DNA from: Takakia lepidozioides
Taxonomy: Eukaryota; Plantae; Bryophyta
Length of the DNA: 64,000 nt
Assembly: GCA_030704615.1 (NCBI GenBank)
Contig: CM060731.1
Span: forward strand, 39,122,001 to 39,186,000
Direction: 5' to 3'
The position numbers and the translations under genes were made by a program. The notes under the pieces are model-generated. The model did not search any database. It had not been told where the DNA came from and was given only the letters and a program-made list of their open reading frames with translations. Each line of letters begins with the position of its first letter. Positions within the stretch are counted from its first letter, which is position 1. Below are positions 50,625 to 64,000 of this stretch, piece after piece.

Positions 50625-53415
50625 CCTCTCGGATGATTGGCCATCTGAATGATTTTTGTTTCATTTCAAACTTTGTCAGTATGTTCGGTACACCGTCTCA
50701 CAAGTCCCGTACGAGTATGACATCAATCGAAATTCGTTCAATGGCCCAACGGACAGTTGCCCATCCAGATGAGTTTGGTTTGCTTTCAAACTTTGCCAGT
50801 ATGTTCAACATACCATAAGACAGGTCCTTGTGTAATATGAGATAAAACGAAATTTGTTTGATGGGCCAACGGATGGATGCCCATCCAAATGATTTCCATT
50901 CGCTTCGAAACTTTCGCAACGTCTTCAGTATACCGTCTCACGGGTCCTTGAGTAATATAAGATGAAACAAAATTCATTCAATGGGCCAACGGCGCGTTCA
51001 CCTATCATGAAGTTTTGCTTATTGCGAAGAATGGCGATCGAATGGTTGACCATCCAAATGATTTTTGTTTGCTTTCAAACTTTGCCACTATGTTCAACAT
51101 ATCATGTATCAGGTCCCGGACTAATATGAGATCAATCAAAATTCATTCGATGGCTGAACGGATGGTTGCCCATCTGGACGATTTTGGTTCGTTTTCAGAC
51201 TTTGCCAGTGTGCTCAATCTACCATGTAAGAGGTCCTAGAGTAATATGAGATAAAACGAAATTCGTCCAATGGGCCAACGGAGGGTTGCCCATCCAAATG
51301 ATTTTCATTTGCTTCGAGACTTGGCCAATATGTCCAATGTACCATCTGACAGGTCCCAGAGTAATATGAGATCAATCGAAATTCGTTCAACGGGCCAATG
51401 AGGCGTTCACGTGTATCCAATTTTGTTCATTGCGAAAAAAAAATCATGTCATGGGTGAACGGCCAATACACCCATTGAACGGATGAGGTTGAGGCCTATC
51501 TTTTGCCCACATGTGCTTGAATATGTGTGCAACACATGTGTGGAGAAACAAGAGAAACAACAAACATTTGTCTCCCCAACCACGCCCTCGCCCTTCTACC
51601 AATTTGCAATTAAATTGAGTTTAATTGAATTTTAAGCAAATAAATAGGTTTACATTGTCTTTGATTGGGGTTTTCTTCTACGTCACGGTTTTATTTTTGG
51701 CTCAATCTTGTTGTCTTGCTTTAACCCTCTCACCGCTATATCCTTGTAAAAATTTGGACCAAAAAAATGAATTTTTTTAAAAGTGTTCTCTTCGTTCACT
51801 ATTGGAGAACTCTATATGAAGAGTGCATAAAGTATGAGACAAATCAAGTTTGGAATACATATTAGGGAAGAAACTGTGGTTTTGGGTCTTAATGATTTTT
51901 GTTCGCTATGAATTTTGGCACGCACGTTGCATATGCCGTCATTAGACATATGGTTAAAAAACAGAATGAAAACAAAATCATGTGCACCTAAAACGCAATC
52001 CAACAAGTCCCAGAGTAATAGCACATCAAACGGAATTCATCCAACGGTTGAACGAACGGTTGCCCATCCAAATCATTTTTGTTTGCTTTCAAACTTTGCC
52101 AGTACGTTTAGTACACTTTCTCACAGATACCGGACTAATATGAGATCAATCAAAATTCATTCGATGGCTGAACGGATGGTTGCCCATCTGGACGATTTTT
52201 GTTTGCTTTCAGACTTTGCCACTGTGCTCAATCTACCATCTAAGAGGTCCCAGAGTAATATGAGATAAAAAGAAATTCGTCCAATGGGCCAACGGATGGT
52301 TGCCCATCCAAATGATTTTCATTCCCTTCGAGACTTGGCCAGTATGTCCAATGTACCATCTGACAGGTCCCAGAGTAATATGAGATCATCGAAATTCGTT
52401 CAACGGGTCAATGAGGCGTTCACGTGTCATTCAATTTTGTTCATTGCAAAAAAGAAATCATGTCATGGGTGAACGGCCAATACACCTATTGAACGGATGA
52501 GGTTGAGGCCTACATTTTGCCCGCATGTGCTTGAATATGTGTGCAACACATGTGTGGAGAAACAAGAGAAACAACAAACATTTGCCTCCCCAATCACGCC
52601 CTTGTCTTTCCACCAATTTATAATTAAATTGAGTTTAAATGAATTTCAAGCAAATAAATAGGTTTACATTGTCTCTGACTGGGGTTTTCTGCTACGTGAC
52701 GCTTTTATTTTTTGTTTCAATCTTGTTCTCTGACTTCAACCCTCCTATCGCTACATCCCTGCAAAAATTTGGACCAAACAAAAATGATTTTAAAAAAAAA
52801 ATGTTCTCTTCGCTCACTATTGGAGAACTTTCTATGAAGAGTGCGTGAAATATAAGACAAATCAAGTTTGGAGTGCAAATCAGGGAAGAAAACTGTGGTT
52901 TTGGGTCCTAATGACTTTTGTTCGCTATGAAATTTGGCACGTACGTTTCATATGCCGTCATTAGACATATGGTTCAAAAATAGAATGAAAAAAAAATCAT
53001 GTGCACGCGAAACATCGTCCAATAGGTCCCAGAGTAATAACATATCAAACGGAATTCACCCAACGGTTGAACGGATGGTTGCCCATCCAAATCATTTTTT
53101 GTTTGCTTTCAAACTTTGCCAATATGTTTGGTACACCCTTTCACAGGTCCCGGACTAATATGGGATCAATCGAAATTCATTCGATGGCTGAACGGATGGT
53201 TGTCCATCTGGACGATTTTGGTTTGCTTTCAGACTTTGCCAGTGTGCTCAATGTACTATCTAAGAGGTCCCAAAATAATATGAGATAAAAACAAAATTCG
53301 TCCAATGGGCCAATGGATGGTTGCCCATCCAAATGATTTTCATTCGCTTCGAGACTTGGCCAGTATGTCCAATGTACCATCTGACAGGTCCCAGAGTAAT
53401 ATGAGATCAATCAAA
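50625..53415. repeat. ~110-bp tandem repeat organised in a ~1.02-kb higher-order unit (about 2.3 copies)
   Basis: Recurring AACGGATGGTTGCCCATCCAAATGATTTT core; register CTAATATG(A/G)GATCAATC(A/G)AAATTCATTCGATGGCTG at 51121, 52135 and 53155; interspersed block 51420-52020 repeats at 52430-53040. Confidence 0.9.
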
Positions 53416-55429
53416 ATTATATTGTGCTTCGTTAACTTTGTGGGTATGTTCTTCATACGTAGATCGAATTTTCGACATGATTATGAAATACGAGACTAGG
53501 CAAAATTTGTCAGGAAGACGAGCGTTCGTAACTCGTTATAACTTATTGGTTAACATCCATTTTCCTTGTTGCCCAACTTTCAGAGTTCATTGCAGATACC
53601 CACATACACGTCATGACCAAATATTACGCTATTGTAAATTTGAGGGTGAACCACTTCTTCCCCATCACATGAGTGCAAAACCGGAAGAAAACGCGTTACG
53701 CTACTCATGCAATTGAAATTTGCAGGTGCCGCATATGTGTATTAACAAAATCGGTGCATATACAAAATTGGCAGAGTACTATCAGTGTTCCAGAAATTCA
53801 AGGTACAACAAAAATCCACATTATCTATGTACTACGTTGTTACTCATTCGAATCTTCGTAGTCACTGTCCGGGGAGAAGGGATATGATGTTGTGGCCTGA
53901 TTTACACTGCCAATACGGAGAGCCTGGGACCGTGATCTCGTGGTCAATGAGGGGCCCAATGACATGTGATCAATTCTGGCCAGCATTCACTTACTTTGCG
54001 GTGAAAGTTGATTTTTTTGCAGAATCTCACGACGTGGCGGAGGTGGATCGACGTCGCGTGCTCGGGCTGCAGTAAATTGGCAACAATGTCGTCCACATCC
54101 GGCAACAAAGCCCCGGAAACACGATGAAAATGGTTTGTCCATAGTCATCTCCATTCCTCTACAACTGCCTTGATGGTACCCTTGAAACTTTCTAACTGCC
54201 TCTCGCGGGCTGTGTCCCTAATCTTTGTGTCATCCCGACGAAGAGTCTGCTCGTACGTTGCCCTCAATAGGTGTTGACATATTACAACATCATCTAATTC
54301 GGACAGCAACAAATGTCTCCCAATTGGTTCTTGGTTATACAATTCGTTCTGACGCGACACCCATGGACCCTATGGGAGCCGGATAAACCGTGACCTTCTC
54401 TGACTCCAATGCCCTCCCAAATTGCGGCAAAACTGCTCTCTCGCCCACCAATCGGGAATGCCTCCCCCACGCACCGTTATCTCCTAGTCAGATGTGACCC
54501 AGAAATACTGGGGTGATTTAACATATGCTGGGTTTTCGGCATGTATGTCATGCATTTCTCTGTCTGCATCGCACAACAAGCACTAGAGGAGAAACCGACT
54601 TTTTCCACGGGTATGTCATCTCACACCTGGCACATTCCACGGCTTTTATCACGGGTCTGTACACTGAGCCAAGGTGTGGGTCTAAATATGCCCTAACTGT
54701 GGGGTGTTTCACATGTGGTCCACACCCAGGCAAGAACGGTGTGAAAACAGCCATGAGCGTGGCAGGGGTTGGCTTAGTTTACATGGCATGTTATACACCT
54801 GTGTGAAATGGGACCATACAATTTCCACTGATTGTGGTGTATGGGTTTAGTTAGTACTCCGCTGCAAATGGAATAAATCATGAACTTCAAGAATTTGCCC
54901 TCGGAAAGACGAAGAGGTGGTCGTCACACTTTGCAATGTAAACCGAATGCAATGCAAGCTTAACAGTCCTCATATTATGATTGAAGGGAGTCAAATTAAG
55001 TGTGGCCATATCAGTGCAGGGATATAAATATGAATCATTCAACATTGTAAAATGCAACCAGGGTAGAGTTAGTTCATGGTACCTTTAAAACTTGTTGCAA
55101 AGTGCAAAAGGTTTAAAGATCAAAGTGCTGAAGTTGCTTGTAGGGTTTGCAAAAGGTTAATTTTTCTTAAAAGTTGCTCATCCCGGTAGCTGTGGACAGA
55201 GGGCTGGGACTTAGAGCGAGCGAGCGGGAGGGAGAGAGAGCGGACTGAGACTTAGAGCAGCGAGCGGTAGGGAGGGAGAGAGAGCGAGCAAGCGGGAGGG
55301 AGGGCAAACATGGGAGGCCCGCAGTTGGAGCTACCTTGGCATCTGAAGCAAGCAACCCAAACGCTAGGGTATGTGTGCGAGGACTAGGTGTCAGCTGAGA
55401 GCTCGCCGTTCTGGGGATAGTCAGCTTGG

Positions 55430-58400
55430 TCTTAGGTCGAGGACAATGTGGTGAGGGCACCTTCTTCTTCGACCTATTTCAGCCTGTTTTGCGCTCTCAT
55501 CAGACTCAGCCCTGAATTTGCAGCACAAAGCAGAGCTGGCATGAGTTTTTAAAGATCCTTCACAATGGTGGGACAACCGCAATCGCAAGGTGTGGCTTTT
55601 CTTAAAGTACGATGTGAGGTTTGTCCATCCTGCAAATGTGGGCTCTTGGCTCCTGTTAGTACCGTGCTTTGGTATTTTTCCTGATGTTTACAAGGTTCTT
55701 GGAAGAGTCAGCCTGGTCTTAGGAGGCCGTGCTTCAATTTCTACCCGCTCAGCTGCACCGTGGTGGTTCTCACACACCAATCAGACATAACCTAACTACA
55801 GACACAAGCAGCACACACAAGAGGTTCTCTTAGGTTCATGGTCAGTCAAATCCTCCATGGGTCATGACACACGGTCGAGGACAATGTGATGAGGGCACCG
55901 TCTTCTTTGACCTATTTCAGCCTGTTTTTCCCTCCCATCAGACTCGGTTGATACAACTAGGCAGCGGTAACGGAGGCACCTTCTTCAATACATTTCAGCC
56001 TGTTTTCCCTGTTATCAGACTTGTCCCTAATTTACATGTTGAATTCTGCAAGTTAGCTCTTGGTGGATCTATGGTACCGGGGGTTTTGAAGTGATTTTGA
56101 CATGTTACTGCCTATGTGGCAACAAGAAAGTATTGAAAACAGATAACATAAACTAGGAGAAGCTCTGGAATGAAGGAGCAGGGATAGAGTGGGGTTGAGA
56201 TTCATCGAAGCGGGCCGGATTTCAAGCTCCAGATTACCTATAATTCCCTGTGGAAGGATAGCTACAAGAAACCTGCATGGGTAGATGGTCAATTGGAAGC
56301 CGCGGCATCACAAATGATAAAATCAGGCACCTCAACCATGACCATAGCTTCTGGAAGAGGATCAAGAGACGGAGTCCACAATGCCTGTTCTGGCACTTCT
56401 GGGCATGTCCAGATGCTTTGTGAGGCAGGCAGACTGAATGAGGCTCTATAGACTTTAAACCAATGAGGAATTTCAGCATATTTAGATAAGTTTGTCTGTC
56501 TCTTGCTTAAGTGCATCAAGAGGAAACGTTTGGAAGCTGGAAAGCAGGAGCACACTCACATTATGATCCAAAGTGGACTCACGCCAACTGTTTTTCTCCT
56601 CAACTCCCTTGTCAACCTGTATGTTAAGTACGGGAGCATCATGAATGCTCACCAAGTTTTCAACAGAATGCCTCAACGATCTTTGATCTCATGGAATATA
56701 ATGCTGAAAGGATTTACCACGCGTGGGTGTTTGTGTTTGCAAAAGCGTGTGCAAGCCTGGGACCTCTGGAAATTGGGAATGAGGTCCATGGTGACATCGT
56801 CAAAGCTGGAATTGTACCAGATGTCATTATGAACACTGCCCTGGTGGACATGTATGCCAAATGTAGGTGCATTAAGGATGCGGAAGCATCATGGATGTTC
56901 ACCAAGTGTTCAACAGAATGCCTCAACGATCTTTGATCACGTGGAATATAATGTTGGCAGGATTTACCAAGCATGGGTGTGGTAGGAATGCTTTGGAGAC
57001 CTATGAGCAAATGATGGGGGAAGCGGTGAAGCCCAACCACATCACGTTTGTGAGCATTTGCAGTGCGTGTGCAAGCCTGGCAGCCCTGGAAAAAGGCAAA
57101 GAAGTGCATGGCGACATCGTGAGAGCTGGAATCCTACCAGATTGCATCCTGAATACTGCCCTGGTGGACATGTATGCCAAATGTGGGTGCATCGGAGGAT
57201 GCAAAGGGAGTGTTCGACAATATGGTTGAACTAAATGTTGTGGCGTGGAGTGCGATGCTCGCAAGATATGCACAGCAGCCTGGGCGTGGGAGGGAGGCTT
57301 TGGAGACCTATGAGCAAATGATGGGGGAAGGGGTGAAGCCCAACCACATCACGTTTGTGTGCGTGTGCAAGCCTGCCAACCCTGCAAAAGGGCAAAGAGG
57401 TGCATGGCGACATTGTCAGAGCTAGAATTGTACCAGATGTGATCCTGAACAATACCCTGGTGGACATGTATGCCAAATGTGGGAGCTTCAAGCATGCAAA
57501 GGGAGTGTTTGACAATATGGCTGAACGAGATGTGGTGTTGTGGAGTGCGATGATTGCAGGATATGCACAGCAAGGGCACGGGATGGAGGCTTTGGAGACC
57601 TATGAGCAAATGATCTGCGAAAGGGTGAAGCCCAACCACGTCACATTTGTGTGCGATTGCAAGCCTGGCAGCCCTGAAAAGGGCAAAGAGGTCCATGGTG
57701 ACATTGTCAAAGCTAAAATTGTACCCAATGTCATTCTGAACTCCACCCTGGTGGATATGTATACCAAATGTGGGAGCATTGAGGATGCGGAGGGATTGTT
57801 CAACACTATGGCTGAACGAGATGTGGTGCCGTGGAACTCGATGCTTGCAGGGTATGCACAACAGGGGCACGAGATGGAGGCCTTGGAGACGTATGAGCAA
57901 TTGATGGGGGAAGGGGTGAAATGCAACCACATCACATTTTGTGTGCGTTTGCAATGCTTGTGCACGCCTAGCAGCCCTGGAAAATGGCAAAGAGGTGCAT
58001 GGTGACATCGCCAAAGCTGGAATTGTACCAGATGTGATTCCGAACAATACCCTCGTGGACTTTTATGCCAAATGTGGGTCCATCGAGGATGCAAAGGCAG
58101 TGTTTGATAAGATGGCTGCACAAGATATGATATCATGGAACGCGATGATTGTAGGATATGCCCAGCAGGGTCATGGGATGGAGGCTTTGGATACCTATGA
58201 GCAAATGATGGGCAAAGGGTACCACCGACTGTTTGGAGGCTGTGATGGCTGCATATGTGTGGGAAAAAGAAGCGAAGGGATAGAGTGTGGCCAGATTTCA
58301 AGCACACGATTACTTATGATTCCCTGTGAATCAATAGCTACTAGCAACCTGCATGGGTAGATGGTCAACTGGAAGCTGCAGCAGCAACAACACAATTGAT

Positions 58401-59430
58401 AAATTCAGGCACTACTAATGAAGGCACCTTCTTCAACACATTTCACCCTGTTTTTCCCTCTTATCAGAATCGGCCTTGAATTTTCATATTGAATTCTGCA
58501 AGTTAGCTGGTTGAGTGAACCTTTGATAGTTTGAAGTGACTGAATGATATTGCCAATGTGACAATAGGAAAGTATCCAGAAACAGGTAATAGAGACAAGG
58601 AAACTAGGAGCTGTGGAATGAATACTTTTCTGACCCCAGTCAATGGTGGGATAATCGAGCCAAAAGGTAAATGCCTGTTGGATTACAAAGAGTAGCAAAT
58701 GCAATTGAGCATAGGAACTAGTGTGATAAGTTGAGTTGGGTGTTTCCTAGAACAATTCTAGGCTTTCATTGTTAGTTACTAGCAGCACGGAAAGGGTGAA
58801 TGCATGATTTGTGCAGAGGCATGAATAGTTGAAGGAGCAGGGATAGAGTGTGGGTCCAGATTCATCTAAGAGGGCCAGCTTTCAAGCTTCACATTACCTG
58901 TGATTCCCTGTGGATCAATAGCTACCAGAAACTTGCATGGGTAGATGGTCAACTGGCAGCAGCGGCACAATTGATATAATCAGACACTGCTAATGAAAGC
59001 ATCGTCTTCAGCACATTTCACCCTGTTTTTCCCTCTTATTAGAATCGGCCCTAACTTTCCATGTTGAATTCTGTAAGTTAGCTGGTTAAGTGAATCTAGT
59101 TTGGAGTGACTTTGACATGATACTGCCGATGTGACAACAGGAAAGTATCCAGAAACAGGTAACAAAGACGAGGACAAGCTGTGGAATGAATACTTTTCTG
59201 ACCCCAGTCAATGGTGGGACAATTGAGGCAAGAAGGTGAATGCTTGTTGGATTATAGAGAGTAGCAGATGCAATTGAGCATAGGAACTAGTGTGATAAGT
59301 TGAGTTGGGTGTTTCCTAGAACTAATCTAGGCTGTCATCGTCAGCTGCTAGTAGCAAGGCAAGGATGTATGCTTGATTTGTGCAGAGGCATGGATAGCTG
59401 AAGGAGCAGGGATATAATGTGGGGCCAGAC
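55430..59430 (+). pseudogene. Scrambled PDF-PPR(PLS) pseudogene without a DYW domain
   Basis: IHRSGPDFKLQITYNSLWKDSYKKPAWVDGQL at ~56200-56295, linker with a stop, frameshifted PLS repeats 56500-58215, then repeated PDF exon units 58270-59420. Confidence 0.9.
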
Positions 59431-60370
59431 TTAAGTGTTTCCGCCTTGGCAGGTTGCTCGGTAACCTTCCCTGGTAGCTTTGGAGTATAGTGGTGCATCT
59501 TATGCATGAACTTGGAAAACAAACAAATGTCGTTTTTTGGAGCTTTAGGCTGAACCTCTGTGTTGGGCTGCATTACGCAGCCTGGCCTCTGCCTCAGACT
59601 CAGACTCAGACTCAGATCTTTGATCTTAGACTTAGACTCAAACTCAGACTCTTTGATGTCAGACTGAAGTGTATTTGGGCAATGAAGCACTTATGTAATT
59701 TTGAATTATCATTGCATCTGCTAATTCTATTTGTTGTTCTGGCCATGCTTAGTCAGTTCTTCATGTCATGAGCAGGTTGTTGCCGCGATGCTTTGGAATT
59801 GTGTTTAGGTGTCTTTAGATCGTGATACTGACCACAAGCAACCTACTGTGAACTGTGGTATCCTCCACATTTATGTGGAATGTCCTACAACGTAGGCCGT
59901 AGTATATTTCACACCCGCAATGGTCTTCTCCATAGTTGTGTGGAATGACCTACAGTATAGGCAGTAAAATACTCCACACCCACACCAAGAGTTGCTCCAA
60001 AATATGTCACGTGTCGCCCTGACAAAAATACACGTGGTGCCTATACCGTTGCCCAGATGTCGTCAAGCCATGGTGACAGGCAGTCGCATAATTTTCCCGT
60101 AGGTGTGGACAAGTCCACATCCTTTGTGCGTCTAGGATCCATGTGGTGGTGTTCGCCAAAGCACACGTCGCCCATGGAAAAAACCATTCACCCCGTGAAA
60201 AAGGCCACCCGTGGATTCAGCCAATCGTGGACTTTTCCACAGGGCCACCCGAGAGCCAGGCCGTCCATGGGGTGTCCGAAAGCACTAGTCATTTCTTACA
60301 CCCACGACAGGTGTGGATTGCGGATGTTTCCATAGCAAAAAGTGTGGAAAAAGCCGTGGAAAAAGTCGGT

Positions 60371-61393
60371 TTATCTTCTAGTGAAGTTTTTGCCCCAATG
60401 CACACAATTCAGAAATATATGTGGTTGCCTATCCAGTAGGAGGTTGTGTCGATTGTATTCAAAACCTATCGGCATCCTGTCCTCCAAGCCCACCAGCTCA
60501 TAGAAACGGCGATGGATTAGTTTATGACATTCTAGGAAAGCGCTCGTCCGCAAGGATTGCAGGATAAGACATGTGAGCTGGAATATATGTTCACATGATC
60601 CAAGTACATGACATCCCTCTGGGCCATATGGATTCTTGCACATCGAACAAACTATGCCATATGATATCCATGACGGCAAAACGCCTCGTGGTATCTCCTC
60701 CCTGTCGGCCGCGTTGATATGGCTGCTCATCATTGGCGTGGTATCCCACTCTTCCTCTCTCTCCAATTCCCAATTTATGCTTCTATTCGATCTCAAAATT
60801 TTGTGCTCATATCAATCGAACATAGACTTTACATTTGCCCAGTTGGTGTACCCGGCAAAAATGCTTGATGTGTTGCGGAGATCGTTATACCTTTGCATGT
60901 TGTCATAAATGCTATCCATGTTACGGTTTGACATGCATGGGACACGTTGCAAGGCCGACAGTGCCCGCTCTACCCGTGCTTCTCTCGAGGCCAAGTGTGT
61001 CGTCCATTGTACCCAGTTCTCCCAATCGCCATCCAATGAGACCCATGCCTTAATCTCTAATGCTATTGACAACCGCCATGCAGTTGCCATGACAATGTCC
61101 CGCTCCCTTGAAACGCGATCGACATCATCCATGGTATCGGATTGAATGGCTACCCTCGAGCATTCCCCGGTTTCCAATATTGGATCTTTTCCTTTTCTAT
61201 TTCTCTCATCCACAATTCGTTGTTCTTCAACCATGCTTTTGTCGACCTCAGGGTCAAGGACGTCCGTAATTGATGCGGTCAATACTGCGATCTGGCATTG
61301 TAAACTCCGCAGACATGTCCACGTCGTTTGTTCGAACGCATTGTGGACAGTGCCTTCATCGTTTCGAGGCGTGTTTTGCAATGTACCCTCCAA
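60371..61393 (-). pseudogene. Degenerate ORF with a RING-H2-like motif, probably transposon-associated
   Basis: CSMC-x13-CEHIFQLTC...LEC in ORF 60371-60796, frameshifted from upstream ORF 60812-61393; repetitive flank with (CAGACT)n at ~59594-59650. Confidence 0.4.
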
Positions 61394-61600
61394 CTCGGCT
61401 ATGTGCAGTCTTTGTCATTCCTCAAGGTCTTGTAGGGTTTGGACTCGCTGTTTTGTTTCCGCCAGTTCATCCTCTAACGTTCCATATACTTGTTGCACCG
61501 GTACCTCGGACACACCCAGTATCATAGCCTGGGGGTATCAGTGCCTCGCGCACGCCCAGTATCGTAGTTGGGGGTGTTCCAAACTGTAGAAACACTCAGC

Positions 61601-64000
61601 TGTTCATATTCAACTACATAGAACACATGAGATGAGGCTACATATATAGTGTTTGTCACGGAGATAGATAGAGATAGAGCATGACCACATGGTCACCACA
61701 TGGGCCTTATCGCTAACTATAATGGAGAAATTACTAAGGCATATGGTAGCCAGCCACTATCTAGAATCTTGGAGCAGTGCATTCACTTATGCCTGATCTA
61801 TCGGCATACTACATGGGTGTGTTAATTCCAATACCTAAGTGATCTAAATAGCTTCATAGTAATAGTGTATGTCCTCCAGTATCCACTAGGTCTATGATCA
61901 TGAGCTTGGGTGTGGATTGCCTCAACACCCTCTCTCACACCCAGAACACTTCTCCTTCGTGGTTATCTCGAGCATCTCGCAGATTATGGCCCCTGGAGGA
62001 AAGACCGCTCGCTTTGGTCCACAAATATTGAGAGAAAAGTCGGCTGTGTCCTTGAGCACCAAAATTAGTTGACCCCTTTGTCAGATTGTTGAAGACTTGT
62101 CTATAGTGGCATGAATCTGGGATTGAAAGTTCTATGGACTATCCTACAGGAGCATACTGTTCTACGGACTAGCTATACTTTACCCTATCCTATTTCTGAT
62201 CCAGACAAGAAGATCTACTAGTTAACATTCACGAGTAGAGCAAGTCCTTTGTTGGTTGATTACTTGCTGTAGGCTGACTAATCCTAGAGCATCTCTAAAA
62301 TGGACAAACTTCTATTTCCCTAATGGTTTTGTGAATATGTTAGCAAGTTGACTCTTTGATGCAACATGGTCGAAGTCTACTTCTCTTTTTAGTATTTTCT
62401 CTCTAATGAAGTGGTAATGTACCTCTATGTGCTTAGTACGCGCGTGAAACACTAGATTGTTCGCCATTTTGATAGATGATGTCAGAGACCTGACAATCAA
62501 GCTATAGTGGGTGATAGCCTATTTGAGAAATGAGGGGGTTGAGGTAAAGAAATTTCTGAACGACAAGTGGTTAGGGTTGTGTCTTGGCATGTGGATGCAA
62601 GCCTGCGACTGGAATTATCACACCAAAGTTGAGTTGCCTTACCAATGAGGAAGCCAAGTTCTTGAGTAAGAGTCTGCAACCACATAGATTCTTTGGTACC
62701 TTCAGTTATGGCTCGATACTCCGCCTCGGTTGATGACAAAGATAATGATGGTTGTCTCTTGCTCGACCATGTTACAGGTGATCCCCCAAGTCGGACACAA
62801 ATCTAGAGGTAGATCGTCTTGTTTCTTGATCACCTACCCAATCTGCGTCCACAAACCCGTCCAAACCTATTCCTCCTTCCGCATAAAACATCAATCCAAA
62901 ATCCATGGTTCCCTTTAGGTAGCGGAATATCCTTTTGACTGCCTCCATGTGAGACTTTTGAGGTGCCGACATAAATCTACTTACCACCTCTACAACGTAG
63001 CAAATGTCTGGTCGTGTATTTGTCAAATAGATCAACTTTCTGACCATTTTTTGATACAAAAGCTCATCTGCTCGCTCCTCTCCCATGTCAACAATTAACT
63101 TCAAGTTCTCAACCATGGGAGTTGGGCTTGTGTTGCATTCACTAAGACCTAGCTCCTTGAGCATGGCTTGGATATACCCTCTCTGCGTTAGAAAAATCCC
63201 ATTCGATAAGTACTTGAATTCTATGCGTAGATATAGCTCCAAGTCACCTAGTTGTGACATTCTGAACTTTTTGACAAGCTGCTCGGTTAACCACTCAATA
63301 TTTTTGTTGTGATTTCCCGTCAAGAGCAAGTCATCCACGTATTTAATTAGAATAATCAGCCTATCTCCTTGTCGCATGTAGTAGAGATTATGGTTTGCAT
63401 TCCTGCTCTTGAGGCCTTGTTCCCTGAGAAATGTATCTATTTCTTCATACCACGCTCTCGGTGCTTGTTTCAGTCCATATAGGGCTTTAGCAAGCTTGCA
63501 GACCTTCCCTTCTTGCCCATGAACCTCAAAGCCCTTGCAACATGTACACTTCCTCCTTCAGGCTTCCATTGAGAAAAGCCGTCTTGACATCAAGGTGCGA
63601 CAATTTCCAATTATTTTTCGCGGCAAGAGCAATCAATGTCCTTAGTGTGCCCCATTTCACCACTGGGGTGAACGTCTCTTCATAATCAATTCCCTCCCTT
63701 GTGCTTGATATGACCTCCATCTGCACTTTTTTTCTCCTTAAACACCCACTTGGAAGAAATTGGACGTTTTCCTGGAGGCAAATCGACAAGCTCCCACGTA
63801 CTATTTTCTTGTATAGAGTCCATCTCCTCTTGCATGGCTTTTCTCCAAATTGAATGGAGCACTGTCTGCTCAAAAGAGGTAGGTTCCTCTGCATTTTCCA
63901 ACACAGCAACGTAATCCTCTAGTCTTCGTGGTATTCTTCGTTCCCGCACAAGCAACCTTCGAATTTGAGGAGCGGGTGGAGCAGGTGGCTGATCAGGCAA
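61601..64000 (-). mobile_element. Degenerate Ty1/Copia retrotransposon, RT-RNaseH and 3' LTR, running off the window
   Basis: WRKAMQEE, SKWVFK, HLDVKTAFLNG, YVDDLL, TRPDI, STEAEY, ARTKHIEVHYHFIRE. Polypurine tract GAGAGAGGG just before the LTR; LTR 61601-61927 has TGTT..AACA ends. Confidence 0.95.

Noticed and set aside
53420-55430. Short ORFs next to the repeat array
   Set aside because: No motif I can recognise; cannot assign them without a database search.

Overview
Intron-containing land-plant nuclear DNA; the 4CL sequence and its intron layout look moss-like (inference). Host genes: 3' exons of a conserved uncharacterised protein (+), an 8-exon 4-coumarate:CoA ligase, an 8-exon Sel1/HCP-repeat gene, a 3-exon hotdog-fold (DHNA-CoA-type) thioesterase, a dirigent gene and a truncated ureF. 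Between them lies a turning-over family of PLS-class PPR genes: two with intact DYW domains, one with an intact PPR tract but a decayed DYW, two scrambled pseudogenes and fragments. The main observation is that these PPR genes carry, on small spliced 5' exons missed by the ORF track, a PDF motif (LWxEyFsxPSQWWDNRxxK / xxPxxPDFKxxxTxxxLWIxxxxxPxWVxxQL), the ssDNA-binding module known from organellar OSB proteins. This gives a PDF-PPR(-DYW) architecture. A tandem duplication of a Sel1+PPR unit (about 25984-30850 and 30860-41100) shows reciprocal gene loss, and a PPR-DYW gene has landed behind the duplicated Sel1 first exon. Mobile DNA includes LINE copies, a CRE-like non-LTR element with a restriction-like endonuclease, tRNA-derived SINEs, a hAT-like non-autonomous element, a higher-order ~110-bp repeat, a probable solo LTR and a degenerate Copia. 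All exon models and family calls were made by eye.
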